From positions 1,068-65,067 of the forward strand of contig JAGLLT010000021.1 of assembly GCA_023140385.1 (NCBI GenBank): a stretch of DNA of 64,000 nt, written 5' to 3'. A model generated the notes under the pieces. The model did not search any database and was not told where the DNA came from. It saw only the letters and a list, made by a program, of their open reading frames with translations. A program made the translations under genes and the position numbers. This document shows positions 40,028 through 46,390 of this stretch, one piece after another (the stretch's first letter is position 1; each line of letters starts with the position of its first letter). The DNA comes from Candidatus Omnitrophota bacterium (GTDB lineage Bacteria; Omnitrophota; Gorgyraeia; JAGLLT01).

Positions 40028-40630
40028 TTAATTGTTTTGTCCAGATAACCTTTGCCCTTTTGATTCCATTTTTATCAAGAAATTAGTATTGTGTCCCCCG
40101 ATTAGCATTGGCTTGTTATCTTTTTTTATTTCGTCTTGCCATTTATTTACATTTGAAATCAATCCATCAACTAAATCACATAATTCTTTTAGATATTTCT
40201 CATTAAGTGGGTACAGTGTTTCTTTTGAAATGGTACTTATGCCATGGATTTTGTTTGTTTCGGTGTTCACCTGATAAGCCAATTCATTTTGTTCTTGAAA
40301 TGCATGCGCATAAATTTTAGTTGCTTGATTTATAATGTATTCATGCAATTTTACGTATTTTTTGGGAATATGTTTTTTGTTTAATCCTGCGTTGCGAGTT
40401 GTAGAGTTGAAACATCTTCTATATTTAATAAAAATCGCTGTATATAGCGCATCAATAACCACAACCTTTGTTAAATTTTTGGGGAAAATTTCATCCTTAA
40501 TTTTTTTTAATAGAATTTGGCAAATTTTTTTTATTCTTTCAAGATCTCTATTTTGTATAGATGTCAAACCAGATAATCTTAATAATTTCTTGTTGGTGGT
40601 TTTTATTTTATTTAACTTAAAATTTGCCAT
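40028..40630 (-). CDS. Integron cassette ORF, hypothetical HEPN-like helical protein
   Basis: Starts 20 nt after an attC R' box; ALYTAIFIKYRRCF...LHEYIINQATKIYAH pattern. Confidence 0.55.
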   Translation of the reverse strand: MANFKLNKIKTTNKKLLRLSGLTSIQNRDLERIKKICQILLKKIKDEIFPKNLTKVVVIDALYTAIFIKYRRCFNSTTRNAGLNKKHIPKKYVKLHEYIINQATKIYAHAFQEQNELAYQVNTETNKIHGISTISKETLYPLNEKYLKELCDLVDGLISNVNKWQDEIKKDNKPMLIGGHNTNFLIKMESKGQRLSGQNN

Positions 40631-40650
40631 AGTTTAAATTAATTATTTAA

Positions 40651-40784
40651 AGATAACGTTTGAACTCACTGGTTTTTACGGAGCACAGCGGAGTAAAAAT
40701 CCAGTGCAGGGTCAAAGCAGTGCCTGACCCCGTTGTTTAATAACACGCGCAGCGAAAAAAGTCAGGTTGAGCAAATTGTTATGT
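40651..40784 (-). mobile_element. attC site (composite, 134 bp)
   Basis: Minus strand: R'' ACATAAC-5 nt-L'' GCTCAACC ... CACTGGATTTTTACTCCG..CCGTAAAAACCAGTG ... R' GTTATCT; sits between a stop codon and the next ATG. Confidence 0.8.
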
Positions 40785-40790
40785 GTTCTT

Positions 40791-41165
40791 TTATTTCTTT
40801 TTCAATTTGTGTGAAAACAATGTGCTTGATAGGTGATGTATTTTCTTCCTTTTTTGCCCTATGTCAGATCTTTTTATTTTTTTATAATAGTCGTAATTAC
40901 ATTTGTTGCCATAAATACGAAACTTTGTAACCAAAAATCCACCTATAATCAAAACAATTCCGATTTTCCAGTTTATGAAAAGATAAATAACTCCTCCAAT
41001 CATTAGATATCCAGTTATTACACTTAAAAGAGGATTTGGTCCCATAGGAATTACATGAACTATTGAAGCAATAAGAAATAATGCTATTGCTAATTTCCAG
41101 TTGAAAAAAATAAAAATTATAGTAAGTACAAAGAGCAACGATTTAATTATATTAAGAATTTTCAT
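40791..41165 (-). CDS. Integron cassette ORF, small 4-TM membrane protein
   Basis: Flanked by two attC sites; internal repeat FFNWKLAIAL / FINWKIGIVL. Confidence 0.7.
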   Translation of the reverse strand: MKILNIIKSLLFVLTIIFIFFNWKLAIALFLIASIVHVIPMGPNPLLSVITGYLMIGGVIYLFINWKIGIVLIIGGFLVTKFRIYGNKCNYDYYKKIKRSDIGQKRKKIHHLSSTLFSHKLKKK

Positions 41166-41183
41166 AGATTTATATTATATCTC

Positions 41184-41261
41184 AGATAACATTTGAGCTT
41201 ACCTACTGGGTTGAGCTCCTTTTGTGCGCTCCCTCCAGATAGATGAAGCGATTTGTTATGA
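41184..41261 (-). mobile_element. attC site (78 bp)
   Basis: Minus strand: TCATAAC (contains the upstream gene's stop)-AAATC-GCTTCATC ... GGTAAGC-TCAAAT-GTTATCT; L'' has one extra base relative to L'. Confidence 0.88.
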
Positions 41262-41555
41262 TATTTTGTCCTTATATTTCTCATAATCTGAGAGATATGC
41301 TCTCTCAGATTCATCTATAAACTCTTGTTTTCTGTCTCTGAGATCTCGAAGTTTTCCATGTATGCTCTTGTAGACAATCTGATGAGCTTGGTTTTTAATT
41401 TTCTCTTCAACATATTCATCAAAATCTACCTCTTTGCTAAGTATCGAATTTACAAGATTTAATAAATCCTCTTTAGTGATCCTGTCAATTGGTTGAAATT
41501 CACCATCCTTATCAAGAAAATGACCAAGATCATTATCGATCTTCAATAGCTTCAT
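41256..41555 (-). CDS. 99-aa hypothetical protein overlapping the end of the PHP-ATPase gene
   Basis: AGGAGG at 41563-41568, ATG 41555, 23-bp overlap with the upstream gene; stop lies inside attC R''. Confidence 0.8.
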   Translation of the reverse strand: MKLLKIDNDLGHFLDKDGEFQPIDRITKEDLLNLVNSILSKEVDFDEYVEEKIKNQAHQIVYKSIHGKLRDLRDRKQEFIDESERAYLSDYEKYKDKIS

Positions 41556-43560
41556 ATGCTTGCCTCCTGCTTTCATAGGCTTCCAATCCCGCCTCAAGTG
41601 AATTCAACATAATTTTATGATTTTTGATAGATCTCCCGTCGATGGATTTGAGTATCTTATCGGTTGGATGTCCAGAGTAAATCCTATAAATTGTCTTCCC
41701 ACTCTCTACTTCCTTGTTGGCATACAGCAGGTAATCTGCACTAACAGAGGCCCCCACCGTGCTATTGTGTGTAACCACAACCACAGGCATTGATTCTGAT
41801 ATTTCCCTTAGAATTTGATTCACATCACTTTTTAGAAACATATTGTCGAATGAGGATTCTGGCTCATCAATGAGTAAAATATCAAAGTTTTGGGCATCTT
41901 TGATTTCCTGTAGCAATCGAAATTCGGACCGTTCTCCTCCTGAAACGTCAACGCCATCAGAATTTAGAATTTTGTATTCAATTTTTGTAAACAGTCTGTA
42001 TAGTTCTGATCGTACTAAGTGGTTATCAGCCATTAGAGCTTGTAGGTACCGGTATGGGGCTCCGTATTCTTTCAGAGCTTCCTTAAATGATGTGTTTACT
42101 CCACTTGCAGATTTAATCTCTCCAGCCTTAGTGAATGCACCTTTGCTAGCAACAACAGAAAATCCTTGAACATTCTCCTCAAATATTATAGACTCTTTCC
42201 GCAAGCTGTTCACAATATCTTCGAATCGTTTCACCTTTCTGTCTTCCATGCACACTCGATACAAATCAACATCATTAACCTGAATGGCAGATGTGCGCGT
42301 TTTTAGACTATCTTTTGTATCTTTGATAATCCCATTGAGAAACCGCCTTTTTTTATTTTCCAGCGCCTTACTCCAGAGCAATTCAATTAATTCACACGCA
42401 AGTTTTTTCAAAGACTTTATATCAACATGTTTCTCGATAATATTCCTGTATTCGATGTTCTCAATAACTTGACGAACTGATGAAATGAGTTCTTTTAGAA
42501 CTATGTCATCCCTTACAGGAAATGCTGTCTCATCAAAGAGGGCAACTTTTGAATATGCATCACGCCTATATGCTTCTTCTGCTGACTTAAGGAGGGAAGA
42601 AATATAATTCTCAACATCCCGCTTGTTACGTTCTAAGTCAACATTCATCACATCATCTAAGACTGACTTGAATGCAGATAGGTAACGATCAAGAAAAGTA
42701 CTACGTTTTTTTTGAACTTCGTTTTTAAACTCACGATCATACGCTGCCTCGTCTCGTTGAACCAATGAAAACTGTCTGATATATTTTACCCCTTCATATA
42801 CATCATTTATCTTATTCAAAGTATATGTTTTACCAGTTGATCTATCACCAAGGAGGACATTCAATCCTGTGGACATCTTTTGTCCGTCATCAAAAATCTG
42901 AAATAAGGAATTACCGTCATCCTCTGACAAAAAAACTTTACCCTTGTCTCTAAGGCAGGCCCTAATGGCACTAAAGCTCAACTCGCCGCAATCCAGAAAA
43001 GTCTGTCTTGTAGGCAAACTACATAGGCTATCACTTGCCCTAACATCACTAAATAGAACAGGGGTCAGTTTTGTTTTATCTTTTATGACACGGATAAATT
43101 TCTTTGCGCTATCGACCTCACCTGCTGTGATATAGGAAGAGAGTTCCTCTAGTGTTTTACCCCGAATGGAGGGCTTTTTGTCATGATGGGGGATAATTAA
43201 ATAACTGTTTAGGTTTCCGTAAATATTTTTCAGATTATCTACTGTAATGCTATCATCAACATGAGATATTCTTTTTAAGACCTCATCAGACCTAGATTCA
43301 AAGTCTTCAATGTCTGATCCGTCGCTCAAAAGTAATATATGGCAATTATCCAGGTTTATCTCAATTCCTGGGAATACTGTAATGGGTAGTGATTCATTTA
43401 TAGCCCTGAATTGTTCCGCGTTAAATTTATTATGATTAGTTATCGCAATAGCATCCAGATTAGCTTCTGTTACGTATCTTTTTAGACTATCCATGCAGAA
43501 AGTAAAGTCGCTATCACTGATGGTTTTAATGGTGTGAATGTGTAGATCTATTTTTTTCAT
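41533..43560 (-). CDS. PHP phosphoesterase - ABC/SMC-type ATPase fusion (Ppl/TrlF-like), candidate anti-phage protein
   Basis: DLHIHT, AIAITNHN, PGIEI, IIPH, FSD; Walker A GDRSTGKT, signature VSGGE, Walker B LLIDEPE, H-loop VVTHN. Confidence 0.85.
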   Translation of the reverse strand: MKKIDLHIHTIKTISDSDFTFCMDSLKRYVTEANLDAIAITNHNKFNAEQFRAINESLPITVFPGIEINLDNCHILLLSDGSDIEDFESRSDEVLKRISHVDDSITVDNLKNIYGNLNSYLIIPHHDKKPSIRGKTLEELSSYITAGEVDSAKKFIRVIKDKTKLTPVLFSDVRASDSLCSLPTRQTFLDCGELSFSAIRACLRDKGKVFLSEDDGNSLFQIFDDGQKMSTGLNVLLGDRSTGKTYTLNKINDVYEGVKYIRQFSLVQRDEAAYDREFKNEVQKKRSTFLDRYLSAFKSVLDDVMNVDLERNKRDVENYISSLLKSAEEAYRRDAYSKVALFDETAFPVRDDIVLKELISSVRQVIENIEYRNIIEKHVDIKSLKKLACELIELLWSKALENKKRRFLNGIIKDTKDSLKTRTSAIQVNDVDLYRVCMEDRKVKRFEDIVNSLRKESIIFEENVQGFSVVASKGAFTKAGEIKSASGVNTSFKEALKEYGAPYRYLQALMADNHLVRSELYRLFTKIEYKILNSDGVDVSGGERSEFRLLQEIKDAQNFDILLIDEPESSFDNMFLKSDVNQILREISESMPVVVVTHNSTVGASVSADYLLYANKEVESGKTIYRIYSGHPTDKILKSIDGRSIKNHKIMLNSLEAGLEAYESRRQAYEAIEDR

Positions 43561-43593
43561 TGTACACCCCGATCAATACTGGCATTATTTACA

Positions 43594-43620
43594 TCATAAC
43601 AATTAATAGAAGTAATACAT
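43594..43620 (-). mobile_element. attI-like site (core GTTATGA)
   Basis: GTTATGA 33 nt upstream of the first cassette ATG, exactly complementary to that cassette's R'' TCATAAC; no attC palindrome upstream; upstream boundary approximate. Confidence 0.6.
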
Positions 43621-43663
43621 AAATTTATGGTTTTTTCATGAAAATCTCTTTTTATTGATATTT

Positions 43664-43692
43664 ATTATATATCTAGGCTATTTGTGCGTCAA
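43664..43692 (-). promoter_or_regulatory. Pc-like cassette promoter
   Basis: TTGACG-17 bp-TATAAT pointing into the array. Confidence 0.75.
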
Positions 43693-43892
43693 GGTGAAAA
43701 ATTATGGGTAGTTACGACAAAAGATAAATTGATAATATTTTGTAATTGCTCTATGATATTAGAAAATATGTATTGCGTATAATATGGAGTTTTTGCGGAA
43801 AAGGAATATATCTATGCGGCAAAGTTAAGAAGGCTTCAAAAATGAAATAATCACTTTTAATTAATTCTATGAAGGGCGGCTAAGGGCGGTTT

Positions 43893-45092
43893 CTAATCAT
43901 TATCCGCGGGGAGTTCTTCGGGTGGGATGGGTTCTTCTTCTTTTGGCGGGAGGGGGAGGTTGCGGGCGGTTCTTAGGAGGTCGATTTTATTTAGCGGTTT
44001 TTCAAGTTGTCTTTTTCTGGTGGTGATCAGACTTTCATACTCTTTTTGGGCGGCTCCAATTCGTTCACCTACCCTTTTTAACTTTTCCACAAAGGAGCCC
44101 CACTCTTTCTTGAATCTGCCTAAGAGTGACAATATCTCATTGGATGTTTTTTCTAAAGTGAAGTTGTCGACCGCCTGGCGGATGACTGCCAAAATGGCAA
44201 AAAGTGTGATGGGTGAGCAGATAATCACCTTCTCCTTAATAGCATTGTCAAATATGGCGCTGTCCTGTTCATGAATAAAGGCGTATATTTGTTCATTGGG
44301 GATAAAAAGAAGGACATAATCAACGGTATTTTGTTCAGGGTTAATGTATTCACGGGTAGTTATTTCTTTAATTCTTAATTTGACATCAGCCATAAATTTA
44401 TCGCGAAAACTTTTCTTTTCCACTTTAGAATCGCATTCAACATACCTGGCATAGTTATCCAGCGGAAACTTTACATCCATATTCAGCTTTAACTCTCGGG
44501 GCAGTAAAAAGGTAAAGTCAGGGCGCGAGCCGGCTTCTTCGATTGTTTTTTGTTTTAAGTAGTTTACGTTTTCGATTAAACCCGTCAGCCGCAGGACGTC
44601 TTCAGCCATTCGTTCTCCCCACTGCCCTCTTGATTTGGTGCTGGCCAGGGCTTCACGCAGGCTGTTTGTTGTCTGGGCAAGAATTTGGTTTTGCTCATTA
44701 ACCGTTTTAAGCTGATTGGAAAGCTCGCCGAATTTCTGAGTTCTGTCTTTTTCCAAATCCTTCATCAAGACAGAAACGCTTTCGAGTTCGCCGGACATAC
44801 GGTTCAACTGCTGGTCTATGAGCTCTTTCTTTGAGATTAACTCTCTGGCGGTTAGCTCTCTTTCGGATTCAAGCTTAGACTTGGCTAATTTAAAAAACTC
44901 ATCAGTTGTTCGTGAAAGTGCGTCTGACGACAAGTCGCTAAAAGTGTTTTTTAACTTTTCAATAAGCAGGTCGGTTTCCTGTTTATGCTGCGCCTGACTT
45001 TTTTTGTAAAGGTGGCGCGTTATGACAGCGGTTAAAGCAGCCCCCAGAAAAAATCCTGTTAGCGTAGAGATTAAAATAACGGTTATATCCAC
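43893..45092 (-). CDS. rmuC: DNA recombination protein RmuC
   Basis: RGQWGE, RPDF..LP, MDVKFP, VLLFIPNE. Confidence 0.93.
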   Translation of the reverse strand: MDITVILISTLTGFFLGAALTAVITRHLYKKSQAQHKQETDLLIEKLKNTFSDLSSDALSRTTDEFFKLAKSKLESERELTARELISKKELIDQQLNRMSGELESVSVLMKDLEKDRTQKFGELSNQLKTVNEQNQILAQTTNSLREALASTKSRGQWGERMAEDVLRLTGLIENVNYLKQKTIEEAGSRPDFTFLLPRELKLNMDVKFPLDNYARYVECDSKVEKKSFRDKFMADVKLRIKEITTREYINPEQNTVDYVLLFIPNEQIYAFIHEQDSAIFDNAIKEKVIICSPITLFAILAVIRQAVDNFTLEKTSNEILSLLGRFKKEWGSFVEKLKRVGERIGAAQKEYESLITTRKRQLEKPLNKIDLLRTARNLPLPPKEEEPIPPEELPADND

Positions 45093-45116
45093 TTAAATCT
45101 CCCTAATAAATTATTC

Positions 45117-45310
45117 GTATTGTCAAAACTATTTACTCTCTCTAAACCCTAATATCTAAATCCTAAATAATTTCAAAATTCTAATGTTCAAATGTTATAA
45201 ACCTTAAGTGCCTTTGTTTTGGTCATTTGCATTTTGGACATTTGGATTTGTTTAGTATTTAGTGCTTAGTATTTATGATTTCCCGTCCTTCATACAACTT
45301 TTAACATTAC
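45117..45310. mobile_element. MITE-like repeat family A, copy 3 (shortened flanks)
   Basis: GTATTGTCAAAA ... CAACTTTTAACATTAC; shared core. Confidence 0.75.
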
Positions 45311-45314
45311 CAAA

Positions 45315-46127
45315 TCAATATATACCGATTCCGGCATAGCCTACGACGCTGGAGGAGTCGCCGCTGGCCCTAGCGCTTGTTTCGTATCTTATTAACTCAG
45401 CTTTTTTTGCGCCCACCTTTTTTACTGTCTCCAGTAAAACGCATGTTGGGGCGGCACCGCACATGCTGAGATTGAGTGTTTCTTTAAGGTTTAAGAGCCT
45501 GCCGGTGTCAAGTGCCAGGATGGCTTCTATAGCCGCCTTGTCTTTTTTCTCGGCCGCCTCCTGTGGTTCATAATGGGTTAAGTCGGTTGAGGCAATTATA
45601 GTCGCTTCTTTTTTTAAGGTTTGTAAAGTTTGGGTTATTTCTTCCGCGATAGCTGTATAGATTTCTTTTTTAGCTTCGGATATTATTATGGGTACTATTT
45701 TAAACTTATTTTTTACGTACTGCAATAAAGGAAGCTGTACCTCGATAGAGTGTTCTTGCGTATGAGCTTCGTTGTCTTCTTCTATATATTTTGAGTTTTT
45801 TAGCAATTTTAAGCAAAACTCTCTATCTACTTCTATCTGTCCAAACGGGGTCTGCCAGAAATCTGCCGTAGAAAGACTAAAGGCCGTCCTTCCTCCCCGG
45901 GTGTGCCTGGTTCCCAGGATTATTACAAGCTCGGCCAGTTCAAAACTCAGAATGGTGTCATGGGCCGTCTTGCCTGAATAGATGTAGCCCGCGTGCGGCA
46001 GAATGAGCCCCTTTGCCCTGCCCTTTTTGGTTATTTTTTGCTGGGGTAAAAATGATTCAATAAGGTTTGATAAATTTGTATAGTCTGCCGGATAAAACCA
46101 ATCGCCAAAAGCGGCTTTTCTTATCAT
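45315..46127 (-). CDS. AmmeMemoRadiSam system protein B (MEMO1 family)
   Basis: PHAGYIYSG, EHSIEVQLP, ASTDLTHY, SMCG, VVGYAG. Confidence 0.93.
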   Translation of the reverse strand: MIRKAAFGDWFYPADYTNLSNLIESFLPQQKITKKGRAKGLILPHAGYIYSGKTAHDTILSFELAELVIILGTRHTRGGRTAFSLSTADFWQTPFGQIEVDREFCLKLLKNSKYIEEDNEAHTQEHSIEVQLPLLQYVKNKFKIVPIIISEAKKEIYTAIAEEITQTLQTLKKEATIIASTDLTHYEPQEAAEKKDKAAIEAILALDTGRLLNLKETLNLSMCGAAPTCVLLETVKKVGAKKAELIRYETSARASGDSSSVVGYAGIGIY

Positions 46128-46148
46128 ACTGCCCTCACAAAAATAATC

Positions 46149-46390
46149 GTATTGTTAAAATTATTTATCCTTTTATACGTTTAAAAAGCTCTAAACAAAC
46201 TCTAAACCCTAATATCTAAATCCTAAATAATTTCAAAATTCTAATGTTCAAATGTTATAAATCTTAAGTGTTTTTGTTTTGGTCATTTGTATTTTGCGTG
46301 CCCCGTAGTTAAATGCGAAGCATTTGTACTACTGGGGGACATTTGGATTTGTTTAGTATTTGGTGCTTAGTATTTAGGGTTTTTACAATG
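46149..46390. mobile_element. MITE-like repeat family A, copy 4 (41-bp nested hairpin; right flank missing)
   Basis: Left end GTATTGTTAAAA; shared core; insertion at 46297-46337. Confidence 0.72.

Noticed and set aside
43700-43890. intI remnant opposite the cassette array
   Set aside because: Only ORFs under 15 codons and no tyrosine recombinase motifs.
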